This document shows, piece after piece, positions 8,362 through 16,056 of a stretch of DNA of 36,636 bases (position 1 is the first letter of the stretch; each line of letters opens with the position of its first letter). Where the stretch lies: the IMG/VR virus record IMGVR_UViG_3300025409_000011, positions 1 to 36,636 of that record. One strand, given 5' to 3'. Under the pieces are notes generated by a model. It was not told the origin of the DNA, searched no databases, and worked only from the letters and a program-made list of their open reading frames with translations. The position numbers were made by a program, and so were the translations under genes. Source of the stretch: a virus (lineage: Duplodnaviria; Caudoviricetes).

Positions 8362-8622
8362 ATGCGAACCATAGAACAACGTAAGATCGAAATCACTCGT
8401 TGCGACTTCTGCAAAGAGGAAACATCCCAGGGCTCGCAATGCCTACTCTGCCACCGGGATTTGTGTTTCAAAGAGGGGGGGAGTGCCCATGCGGCATACG
8501 ACCTAGATCTTTACAGATACGACGACAGAGTCGGGCGGGTCGGGCAGATCTGCAAGGAATGCGCTGAAACCGACGCGCGCGGAACTGTCAGGTCCTTCCT
8601 TGACGGTATCATCGAGGGGTGA
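8362..8622 (+). CDS. Cys-rich zinc-binding protein
   Basis: CDFC, CLLC, CKEC; AGGAG RBS. Confidence 0.65.
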   Translation: MRTIEQRKIEITRCDFCKEETSQGSQCLLCHRDLCFKEGGSAHAAYDLDLYRYDDRVGRVGQICKECAETDARGTVRSFLDGIIEG

Positions 8623-8625
8623 ATC

Positions 8626-9126
8626 ATGAAACCGAAAACCACGAGTGGCGCGATCAAGGTCCTGCAGCCCGATCTGCGCTTCCAGCATGGCCCGGAGAAT
8701 CCCTTTCTGGCCGTGAAGGAACTGATCGCGAAACATGTTGGAGCAGCGAAGGCTGTAAGCATTGAGCGGATCGCGCAGGAACTCTGGCCCGTCGAGTGGA
8801 ACTACACCCACCTCGACAAGAACATGCCGGAGTATCCCCACCGAGCGGAGATTCAACGCCTGGTCAAGAAAATCGTGCAGCAATTGCGCAGAAAAGACAA
8901 GCGGATGGGCTCGGCGCGCGCAGGGAAGAATGGGCCGCCAGGCTACTACCGGATTTCGACCGATCAGGAACTGGTCGACACGCTCAAACCCTTCTTTCGC
9001 CAGGCGCTCACGATGCTCCGCACCGTGCATGAGATGACCGGCATGGATCTATTCATCCCGGAATTGACGGGTAAGCTTCGAGAGCTCGCCAACCAGAAGC
9101 TGAGTGAAAACAGAGTCCAAGAGTAG
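8626..9126 (+). CDS. winged-helix-like DNA-binding protein
   Basis: HVGAAKAVSIERIAQEL...RAEIQRLVKKIVQQLRR...GYYRI pattern of Mu-like early HTH proteins. Confidence 0.6.
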   Translation: MKPKTTSGAIKVLQPDLRFQHGPENPFLAVKELIAKHVGAAKAVSIERIAQELWPVEWNYTHLDKNMPEYPHRAEIQRLVKKIVQQLRRKDKRMGSARAGKNGPPGYYRISTDQELVDTLKPFFRQALTMLRTVHEMTGMDLFIPELTGKLRELANQKLSENRVQE

Positions 9127-9195
9127 AAGAGTTGAAAGTCGAAGAGTCGAAAAGTTGAAAAAACCCGAAGCCTTAATCCCGAATCCCGAGCCCCG
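9114..9195 (+). repeat. AGTYGAAr octamer array abutting AATCCCG heptamer array
   Basis: agtccaag agtagaag agttgaa agtcgaag agtcgaaa agttgaaa then aaacccg aagcctt aatcccg aatcccg agccccg. Confidence 0.8.
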
Positions 9196-9203
9196 AGGTT
9201 CTA

Positions 9204-9419
9204 ATGGCTGAGGCGCTTCTTCCCGACACCGACGCGATCCCGCGGGCCACTCTCGAGTGGACGGAGTACCGAGGCAAGCAGCTCGTGCGTTATCGCGATG
9301 CCGCTGGCAGCGTGCATCGCATATTGACAGCAAACTACCAAGAAGCCTCAGAGGCCTTTGACCGCTACGCGGAACAGATGCGCAGCATGGCGGCTAAAGG
9401 GAAATCCAGATGCGGATGA
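9204..9419 (+). CDS. hypothetical protein
   Basis: GAGGT RBS; operon position. Confidence 0.6.
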   Translation: MAEALLPDTDAIPRATLEWTEYRGKQLVRYRDAAGSVHRILTANYQEASEAFDRYAEQMRSMAAKGKSRCG

Positions 9420-9811
9420 AGCCCGAATCCCGAACGGGTGAATCCCGAGGTTGCGATTCTCGCCACTTTCCGGTCGCGCAGGAAATCTGGCGCGTCTACA
9501 ACGAAGAGAACCACCTGACGTGCCCCTGGTCCGGGAAGCACGCGAAGATTCTGGCGCGCACGTTGGCAACGGCGCGCAACTGGGAAGCGAAGCGTTGGCA
9601 CGACGCCATCCTGAACCGGTTTGCGAGCGAGGGTGTGAACGCCGCGGAGGACCCGGCAGTTTGGATTCCTTATCTTATTTCTTACGCGCGGGGCCCGCTG
9701 AATCGTTTTGGCAAGACCGACCGCGTGCCGGCGGAATGTTACGCGAAGCTGCGCGCGCTGTCGGCGCGCTACGCGGCCGCCCAGCACTCGAGCGGTAGCG
9801 CTGAACTTTAG
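9410..9811 (+). CDS. hypothetical protein
   Basis: Overlaps upstream stop; ends at repeat element. Confidence 0.6.
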   Translation: MRMKPESRTGESRGCDSRHFPVAQEIWRVYNEENHLTCPWSGKHAKILARTLATARNWEAKRWHDAILNRFASEGVNAAEDPAVWIPYLISYARGPLNRFGKTDRVPAECYAKLRALSARYAAAQHSSGSAEL

Positions 9812-9876
9812 TTCTCAGTCATCAGTTCTCAGTCGTCAGTTACTGAGCACTGAAAACTGAGGACTGATAACGGAGG
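9808..9876. repeat. TCAGT heptamer element 5 (full)
   Basis: (tcagtnn)4 (actgann)4 acggagg. Confidence 0.9.
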
Positions 9877-9948
9877 CCTGCTTTATGACCGAAGCGGCAG
9901 CTCAATCGAAAGTCGGCGACCGCGTGCCGCGAAGGAGCGTCCGAAGCC

Positions 9949-10116
9949 ATGGCATGCAATTGTCCTACCTGTAAGGGATTTCAAAAGGCGGTCTGGGATC
10001 TCATGGGGAGAGGTGCCGCTGGGTGGATCGCGGCTTGGTGGTTGCAGGGTCTTTGGCCACCTAAGAAAGGTGCCGCGAAGGAGGAACCCGATCCGCTGAG
10101 GAAGGTCTTGAAATGA
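9949..10116 (+). CDS. small 55-aa protein (not in ORF track)
   Basis: AAGGAG upstream; MACNCPTCKGFQKAVWDLM...RKVLK; ATGA overlap with next ORF. Confidence 0.4.
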   Translation: MACNCPTCKGFQKAVWDLMGRGAAGWIAAWWLQGLWPPKKGAAKEEPDPLRKVLK

Positions 10117-10353
10117 GCGAAGCCGCAGAGGAGCGAGACAAGGTGCTGGCAGCGGTCTACCGCTGCATGGACGGTCCCATCCTTTTGGACATGGGCTTGT
10201 TATAAAGATTCGGAACCTAGTCAGGAAGCCAGACGGTTCTCTGCCTCAATGCAACTGTACCCCATGTGCTAAGGCGCGGAGGCTTCAATCCGAGGTGGCG
10301 CGATGAGCGAAGTTGCGGCAGGACGATTTGTGATTTGTGCATGGTGAATTGAA

Positions 10354-10827
10354 ATGGCCTACGAGCACACAGACGTTCCGATAGCGCGGACCCAAGAAGG
10401 CTTGCGAAAACTACTGCAAGCACATAAAGGTTTCGGCTTGGCCGTGATATCCGAACAAGATCCTCAGGGCCGGGAACTTTCTCTGGAAGGTTTTCAAGCT
10501 AAGGTCCTGATCGATGGGATGCCTTATGTTGTCAAGATCATGGCAAAGGTAAAACCAGCGCCCAAGCACTCGAGTGATCGACAAAGAGAACTCTTCCGTT
10601 GCCAGGAGGAACGCCGCATCTGGCGCGTGCTTTATTATCACATCAAATCAGTTTTCGAAGCCTCTGACAGCGGAGTGATGGAATTCCGGGAGTTGATATT
10701 GCCTTACATTGTCACACGCGATGGGCGCACCATCGCGGATTGCATTCTGCCTGAACTAGGTAAGGCTATAGCCGGGAACGCACAGCGCTTGCTGCCCAAA
10801 ACGGCCGGGGGCGAGACGAATGGTTAA
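10354..10827 (+). CDS. hypothetical phage protein
   Basis: Natural-looking 157-aa ORF (ERRIWRVLYYHIKSVFEA...FRELILPY) in operon. Confidence 0.75.
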   Translation: MAYEHTDVPIARTQEGLRKLLQAHKGFGLAVISEQDPQGRELSLEGFQAKVLIDGMPYVVKIMAKVKPAPKHSSDRQRELFRCQEERRIWRVLYYHIKSVFEASDSGVMEFRELILPYIVTRDGRTIADCILPELGKAIAGNAQRLLPKTAGGETNG

Positions 10828-11434
10828 TAAGAAATCGAAAATGCGTAAGCCTCTCAGCGGGCTGTTTGCCGAGTGGCGGAAAGTCTCCGCAGAACTGTGC
10901 GGTGAGCCGCTGGAGGGGGAGAAACCACAGGATGCCGAGCGCCGGCTCCGTATCGAGTGGACGAACGAGCAGCTTCGGCAGTTCTACGCGAAAAAGGGTG
11001 GGCGGTTCACCAGGATCAATGGGCGGACAGTTTTTATTGAATGCGATGGGGCTTTGGTGAGCTCATGGAACAGCCTCCGCGAGCCCGAGATCCGCTACCT
11101 CGGAAGGTGCATGCGCGAATTGACCGGAGACGGGACGGCATACCGCGCGGGCAAGGTTCGCCAGATTGCGCGCGCACTCTGGGGGCCGGACGCCTGGGAG
11201 CCATTCCTAATCCAGCGGCTGGCGGACCGGTATGGCGTGGCAATCGATTCCCGAAGGCCGGAACCCGAAAGCCTAACGCCACGCCAAGCCCACGAACTGA
11301 TCGAGGAATTGTTGTCGCGGTTGGCGCGCAAGGAAGTGGCCATGGCGGGCGACGAGAGCACGCCGGAGATCGATGAACATAAACTCGAAGAAGTGCGCCG
11401 CCGCTACAGAAGCCGTCGAATAGTTGAAAGTTGA
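10820..11434 (+). CDS. GemA/gp16-like (DUF1018-like) regulatory protein
   Basis: SSWNSL..E, GKVRQIARALW, LTPRQAHELIEELL motifs; end of early operon. Confidence 0.55.
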   Translation: MVNKKSKMRKPLSGLFAEWRKVSAELCGEPLEGEKPQDAERRLRIEWTNEQLRQFYAKKGGRFTRINGRTVFIECDGALVSSWNSLREPEIRYLGRCMRELTGDGTAYRAGKVRQIARALWGPDAWEPFLIQRLADRYGVAIDSRRPEPESLTPRQAHELIEELLSRLARKEVAMAGDESTPEIDEHKLEEVRRRYRSRRIVES

Positions 11435-11444
11435 AGAGTTGAAA
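11414..11444 (+). repeat. AGTYGAAr array at gene junction
   Basis: cgtcgaat agttgaa agttgaag agttgaaa; includes TGA stop. Confidence 0.7.
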
Positions 11445-11455
11445 CGGAGCGTTTG

Positions 11456-11839
11456 ATGCCTTTAGACCGCAACAAGGAATGCGAGTGTGGATGCGGCGAG
11501 AGCTTTGCCCAGCGGCAATGGAACCAGCGGTTCAAGAATCACAGGCACCATGATGCGCACCACAACAAGCGACTCTATCGTAGGAGAGATAAAGGCGGCG
11601 CGGGGAGCCAAAACGCGCCGTGTAACACGACTCTGTCGGCGCGTCGACCAGCCAGCCCGGCGCGAACGATTCTGTGGGAAAAGGCCGGAGAATACAGTTT
11701 GACGCATGAACCCGGGGCCAGGCCGGTAGTAAAGGTACGGCCGGATGGGCATGTGGCCCTGCAAAGGCTTTTACCGCTGAGGCAGGGGAAAAAGTCATCA
11801 GTCATCAGTAATCAGTTGTCAGTAAGAACTGAAAACTGA
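11456..11839 (+). CDS. hypothetical protein with CECGCG motif
   Basis: GGAG RBS; Cys/His-rich N-terminus; C-terminus reads through repeat arm. Confidence 0.5.
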   Translation: MPLDRNKECECGCGESFAQRQWNQRFKNHRHHDAHHNKRLYRRRDKGGAGSQNAPCNTTLSARRPASPARTILWEKAGEYSLTHEPGARPVVKVRPDGHVALQRLLPLRQGKKSSVISNQLSVRTEN

Positions 11840-11862
11840 AGACTGACGACTGACAACTGAGG
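11791..11862. repeat. TCAGT heptamer element 6 (full)
   Basis: (tcagtnn)4 ga (actgann)5 ending actgagg. Confidence 0.9.
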
Positions 11863-11869
11863 TTGAATC

Positions 11870-12076
11870 ATGACCAAATGCTTGCAGTGCGGCGCTCCGA
11901 TCGAGGTTGTGAGGGTGATTGTGGAAGGCAACTCCACTTGGCGCGAGCAGCGCTGCACAGGAAAGGATAAGCACCTTGTAGTGACCGAACAGCGGCTCGC
12001 CGATCCGGCGGACTACCGCCGTATCCGGGCAAACTACGTCCGCACACACCGAAAAGTGCGGCCCTTGCCCGCGTAA
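11870..12076 (+). CDS. zinc-ribbon protein (NrdR N-terminus/Ogr-like)
   Basis: MTKCLQCG...WREQRC...H.VVTE. Confidence 0.55.
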   Translation: MTKCLQCGAPIEVVRVIVEGNSTWREQRCTGKDKHLVVTEQRLADPADYRRIRANYVRTHRKVRPLPA

Positions 12077-12078
12077 GA

Positions 12079-12121
12079 TTGATGATACCGGTATCATCAA
12101 AATAGACTCGGCATCTTGACA
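12079..12121 (+). promoter_or_regulatory. Perfect 22-bp palindrome followed by TTGACA
   Basis: TTGATGATACCGGTATCATCAA (12079-12100); TTGACA at 12116-12121. Confidence 0.6.
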
Positions 12122-12138
12122 ATGCTGGATTGCATGTT

Positions 12139-12357
12139 ATGAGTGAGATTGTGAGCGCCGATCAGATTGAGATTTCAGTCCGACTCGGAACCCCGATGCG
12201 CGAAATCGAGCAACTGATCATCGAACAAGTCATCGGCATGACCGGTGGAAGTATCGCAAAGGCTGCCGCGAAACTCGATTTGTCCTTCGCCACCGTCTAT
12301 CGGCGCATCCAGAGCTATAAGGCGAAGGACATGCAGGACAAGCATGAGGGTTCATGA
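12139..12357 (+). CDS. stand-alone Fis-type HTH protein
   Basis: PMREIEQLIIEQVIGMTGGSIAKAAAKLDLSFATVYRRI resembles HTH_8. Confidence 0.75.
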   Translation: MSEIVSADQIEISVRLGTPMREIEQLIIEQVIGMTGGSIAKAAAKLDLSFATVYRRIQSYKAKDMQDKHEGS

Positions 12358-12368
12358 TACGAACTTTC

Positions 12369-12395
12369 TGGATTCCCGCTCTTGCGGGAATGACG
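12369..12395 (-). repeat. ATTCCC-N8-GGGAAT palindrome copy 3
   Basis: tggATTCCCgctcttgcGGGAATgacg. Confidence 0.75.
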
Positions 12396-12457
12396 TAGGC
12401 CTTGCCTGATCAGCCTGGCCGAGGGCGGCGGCGGGTGCACACGCTGCCGTCGCCCAA

Positions 12458-13117
12458 ATGCTGAATAAACAGCAACTCGATTTCTTGAAGCAAGTCGTTC
12501 CGCCCGCGCGGCAATCGGACCGCGACTACGAGATTCCCGCCTGCGACACCATCGCCCAAGCCATCCTGGAAAGCGCCACGCCGAGCGGCGGCTGGGGAAC
12601 CTCGCCACTATTCCTTCAGGCCAAGAATCCCTTCGGGATCAAATTTTCGCATTATTGTCCGCCTTCAACTTCTTCGACTTCTTCAACTCCTTCTAGGCTT
12701 GGCGCAGTCGAAAAAGTCGAAGAGTCGAAAAAGTCGAATGAGGACTACGGCGAATTCTCAGTCGAAACCCAGGAAATCAAGAATGGGCAGATCGTCAAAG
12801 GGCTTGCGCAATTCCAGCGATTCCCGGATTTGACCAGCGCTTTCCGCGCCCACGCGCAACTTTTGCTGGATCAGCCGCGGTATCAATCTGCGATGGCGGT
12901 CCGCAGCGATTGGCGGAAGTTTGCCGTGGCCCTCATGGACTGCGGCTACTCGACGGATCGGCCAGGGATTTGCCAGGACACCAAGTGCCTCCACTACGCC
13001 GGGAAACTGATCGAACTCGTGACCAAATACAGCCTGAACGATTCCGGGATGCTGGAGTCCTATGCGACCTGGCGTGACCCGGAGAAAGCAGAGGAATCCA
13101 AGGATGGCACGTTGTGA
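12458..13117 (+). CDS. endolysin, GH73 glucosaminidase/FlgJ-like
   Basis: IAQAILES, GWG, NPFGIK, F..F....SAF..H, GYSTD...YAGKLI. Confidence 0.88.
   Translation: MLNKQQLDFLKQVVPPARQSDRDYEIPACDTIAQAILESATPSGGWGTSPLFLQAKNPFGIKFSHYCPPSTSSTSSTPSRLGAVEKVEESKKSNEDYGEFSVETQEIKNGQIVKGLAQFQRFPDLTSAFRAHAQLLLDQPRYQSAMAVRSDWRKFAVALMDCGYSTDRPGICQDTKCLHYAGKLIELVTKYSLNDSGMLESYATWRDPEKAEESKDGTL
12664..12738. repeat. TTCRACT/AGTCGAA inverted array in frame within endolysin
   Basis: ttcaacttc ttcgacttc ttcaactcc ... agtcgaaaa agtcgaag agtcgaaaa agtcgaa. Confidence 0.8.
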
Positions 13118-13332
13118 TTTCGATTGTGGGGATGGCGATCACGGCGGGGCTGGGATTCCTGATTGGCTGGCTCTACGCTATGGTCGAGCGCGCGGACTTG
13201 CGATGGCGGCTGAGAATCCTCCGAGCACAACGCGACCGCCTGCGCGAGAACTTGATTAAGGTGCGCACGCTACTCGAGGCGAAGGCCGCGGCGGCCGCTA
13301 AAGAGAAGTCATCAGTTGTCAGTCATCAGTAA
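13114..13332 (+). CDS. small membrane-anchored protein (lysis module)
   Basis: N-terminal TM then coiled segment; GTGA overlap. Confidence 0.6.
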   Translation: MISIVGMAITAGLGFLIGWLYAMVERADLRWRLRILRAQRDRLRENLIKVRTLLEAKAAAAAKEKSSVVSHQ

Positions 13333-13362
13333 CTGATTACTGAAAACTGATGACTGAAAACT
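13305..13362. repeat. TCAGT heptamer element 7 (full)
   Basis: gaagtca (tcagtnn)3 (actgann)4 act. Confidence 0.9.
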
Positions 13363-13385
13363 CGGAACGTTGAAAGGAGTTCGCG

Positions 13386-13991
13386 ATGAGACGAAGAGGC
13401 TTTTTGACACTCGCCGGATGGCTGGCCGTGGTTCCCTTCCTGCCGGCGTATCTAGCTTGCCCGACGTGGCTGAAGTCGCTCGCGACCAAAATCAAGGACT
13501 TTGTTCCTACGGCGCTTTCGGCCTTCGCGGCGGTCCTACAGATCCTGATCGACAAAGGCATCCTGGGGAATCCCCTGGGCGGAGTGATTGAGAACATCGT
13601 GAAGCTGGTCAAAGCCGGGTTTGCCGACGTCATGGCCGGCATCGACGCCTACAAGAGCGCCGACCCGGCGAACAAAGCCACCCTGCTCGGGAAGATCGCC
13701 ACCGCGCTCGCCATTATCGAGGGAAATCTACAGCAGTTTTGGAACGACTTGGTGATTCCCGACGCCGGGCTCGCCAGCCTGATCGAATCGCTGCTGGGCG
13801 TGATCCTGAGCGCCATCAATTGGTTCTTGGCTCCGAGCGGCGGCAACCTTCCCGCGCCTGCCGGCCAGCCGGCGCTCGCGCTGAAAAAGCGTATTGCCGC
13901 GGCGCCGCTCAAGCAATTGACCGTTGAAGGCCTGAAGAAGAACTTCAACGGCGTCCTGGCCGATGCCGGGATGAGTAAGTACGCGATCTGA
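13386..13991 (+). CDS. Tat-signal, possible lipoprotein, helical membrane-associated protein
   Basis: MRRRGFL twin-arginine motif, hydrophobic core, YLAC; AAGGAG RBS. Confidence 0.7.
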   Translation: MRRRGFLTLAGWLAVVPFLPAYLACPTWLKSLATKIKDFVPTALSAFAAVLQILIDKGILGNPLGGVIENIVKLVKAGFADVMAGIDAYKSADPANKATLLGKIATALAIIEGNLQQFWNDLVIPDAGLASLIESLLGVILSAINWFLAPSGGNLPAPAGQPALALKKRIAAAPLKQLTVEGLKKNFNGVLADAGMSKYAI

Positions 13992-13994
13992 AGG

Positions 13995-14132
13995 GAAGTT
14001 TTCAGTTCTCAGTTGTCAGTCGTCAGTAAGAGCGTGCGGAAAGATTCATCGCGGAAGGTGAGATTCCCATTCAGACCGGAGGATGCCCGGCCGCGCTCTT
14101 ACTGATAACTGATGACTGAGGACTGAGGACTT
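13995..14132. repeat. TCAGT heptamer element 8 (full, long loop)
   Basis: Arms 14002-14029 and 14101-14128; stem extended by tcagtaagagcg/cgctcttactga. Confidence 0.9.
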
Positions 14133-14151
14133 GGAGCGATTGGAGATTTCC

Positions 14152-14310
14152 ATGGCTTTTGGATTGCCGAAGGGCGACAAGGTTAAGGCCGCGTTCGAGA
14201 AGTACGAGCAGGCCATGTTGACCCTTGTGCGTACCGGAGATCTCGCGCAGGCGCAAGCCGAGATCGAAATCCTGAAAGCTTTCATCGAGGATTTGCGCCA
14301 GGCGTTCTAA
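14152..14310 (+). CDS. small 52-aa helical protein (not in ORF track)
   Basis: GGAG RBS; MAFGLPKGDKVKAAFEKYEQAM...LRQAF; bounded by elements 8 and 9. Confidence 0.7.
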   Translation: MAFGLPKGDKVKAAFEKYEQAMLTLVRTGDLAQAQAEIEILKAFIEDLRQAF

Positions 14311-14311
14311 A

Positions 14312-14376
14312 GAAGTTCTCAGTCGTCAGTTCTGAGCCTTCACTAAGAACTGGCTACTGAAAACTGATGACTGAAG
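14312..14376. repeat. TCAGT heptamer element 9 (full, degenerate)
   Basis: gaagttc tcagtcg tcagttc tgagcct tcactaa ga actggct actgaaa actgatg actgaag. Confidence 0.85.
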
Positions 14377-14385
14377 GAGTTGAAA

Positions 14386-14619
14386 ATGGCGAAAGTTGCG
14401 AAGAGTAAAGCCGTGACGCTCGATGTTCTTGTGGAGCGCCCGATCGAGAGCTACATCCGGGAGATTGAGGTTCTGCGGCTGCACATCAAGCGCACCAGGG
14501 CCGCCGCGATAAGAATCGAAGCGGTGGCCAGCGCGCAGATCAGGGAAGCCGTAGAGCGCATCAATAGTCAGATCGAGCACGAAAAGCAACTCCTCAAATC
14601 CGCGCTCCTGGATAAATGA
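14386..14619 (+). CDS. small coiled-coil protein
   Basis: AAGGAG RBS before ATG 14386. Confidence 0.65.
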   Translation: MAKVAKSKAVTLDVLVERPIESYIREIEVLRLHIKRTRAAAIRIEAVASAQIREAVERINSQIEHEKQLLKSALLDK

Positions 14620-14634
14620 GCCAGTGAATTCGGG

Positions 14635-14669
14635 ACTGACAACTGACTACTGAGGACTCTGAACTGAAT
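14635..14669 (+). repeat. TCAGT heptamer element 10 (right arm only)
   Basis: actgaca actgact actgagg actctga actgaat ATG. Confidence 0.85.
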
Positions 14670-15428
14670 ATGGCTGACCACTCCAACATGCGCCTCGGAA
14701 AGAAGCCGCGGAAGGATGATCGCCTCGGCCGCACGCTTAAATTGGCGCGGTATTTCGAGCCGGGCCTCCCCCCTCCGAAGCCCGCGGTGGACTGGCTTGC
14801 GGCCGTCAAGAGGTTCCCCATGTATGGGAACGACGTCCATGGCGACTGCGCGATCGCGGCGATTGGCCACATGATTCAGGTCTGGTCGGCGAATGTGGGC
14901 AATCCCGCGACGCCGTCTCAAGAGGAGATCCTGCGCGTCTACAGGATTTTGAGTCCGGACGACGATGGTTGTGTGCTTCTCGACGTCCTGAAATGGTGGC
15001 GGCAGAATCCGATTGCGGGCGTGCAGCTCGGCGCCTTCGTGGCCGTGAACTGGCACGACATGAACGAAGTCAAGACCGCCCTCGAACTTTTCGGCGGACT
15101 CTACGCCGGCGCGGCGTTGCCCCTGGCCGCCGAGACTCAAAACCTCTGGGCTTGGACCAGCGGGCCCGACGGCGTGCCGAATTCCTGGGGCGGGCACTGC
15201 ATCAACTTCGGGCAATATGCCGGCAGTATGCTGATGCGTTGTGTGACTTGGGGCCAGATCAAAGACGTGACACTAGGCTGGATGGACGCTTATCTTGACG
15301 AGCTTTATGCCCTGATCTCGCCCGATTGGTTTGGCCCGGCGGGGACTTCGCCGGAAGGTTTTGACATGGCGACGCTGAAGGCGGACCTGAATTTGCTGAC
15401 TGGGCCGGGAAATGCAGTTTATTACTAA
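14670..15428 (+). CDS. papain-like (C1-type) cysteine peptidase
   Basis: GND.HGDCAIAA (Cys), WGGHCI (His), VTWG. Confidence 0.7.
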   Translation: MADHSNMRLGKKPRKDDRLGRTLKLARYFEPGLPPPKPAVDWLAAVKRFPMYGNDVHGDCAIAAIGHMIQVWSANVGNPATPSQEEILRVYRILSPDDDGCVLLDVLKWWRQNPIAGVQLGAFVAVNWHDMNEVKTALELFGGLYAGAALPLAAETQNLWAWTSGPDGVPNSWGGHCINFGQYAGSMLMRCVTWGQIKDVTLGWMDAYLDELYALISPDWFGPAGTSPEGFDMATLKADLNLLTGPGNAVYY

Positions 15429-15429
15429 A

Positions 15430-15500
15430 GCAGTTATCAGTCGTCAGTTGTCAGTAGTCAGTAAGAACTGAAAACTGATAACTGTTAACTGATGACTTCC
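15430..15500. repeat. TCAGT heptamer element 11 (full)
   Basis: (tcagtnn)4 ga (actgann)4 acttcc. Confidence 0.9.
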
Positions 15501-15512
15501 GAAGGAGATGCT

Positions 15513-15989
15513 ATGGACATTCAAGCGTTGCTTACGCTGTTCGGCCCGCACTGGATTCAGGCCCTGGTGGCTTTTCTCGCGCCGCTGGTCATCCAGTTTT
15601 TGAAGCGGAGCACGGCGCGCGGGCTCAGCTGGCTGGACCAGGCGAAGCCGAAGTATTGCGTGCTGACCAACTTTGCCCTGGCCTTACTCACGAACGCCGG
15701 CATCACCTTTGCTCACACGCCAGGAAGCCTGCTGATTCATTGGCCGGACCTCACTACCGCCGTGGCTGGAGCGCTCACGTTTCTCTTCACGGTGCTCGTG
15801 CAATTCCTGGCGCAGCATTTGCTCTATGGCGCTCTCTGGAAGCACGTCGTGAAAAGCCCGACGAACGAGCCAGGGCATTCCCTGGTGGTTAAAGGCACGC
15901 GGGGACTTTACAAAGTTGCGGCCGAATTTTTCAAGGCCGAGCAGAGAAAGGTGTCGCGCCCGTTCGTGGGCCCAGAGCGGAGGCAGTAA
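15513..15989 (+). CDS. multi-TM membrane protein, holin candidate
   Basis: About three hydrophobic helices, basic C-terminus; AAGGAG RBS. Confidence 0.6.
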   Translation: MDIQALLTLFGPHWIQALVAFLAPLVIQFLKRSTARGLSWLDQAKPKYCVLTNFALALLTNAGITFAHTPGSLLIHWPDLTTAVAGALTFLFTVLVQFLAQHLLYGALWKHVVKSPTNEPGHSLVVKGTRGLYKVAAEFFKAEQRKVSRPFVGPERRQ

Positions 15990-15990
15990 A

Positions 15991-16056
15991 GAAGTAGTCA
16001 GTTGTCAGTTATCAGTAATCAGTAACTGACGACTGAAAACTGAGGACTGATGACTG
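15991..16056. repeat. TCAGT heptamer element 12 (full)
   Basis: gaagtag (tcagtnn)4 actgacg actgaaa actGAGG actgATG. Confidence 0.9.
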
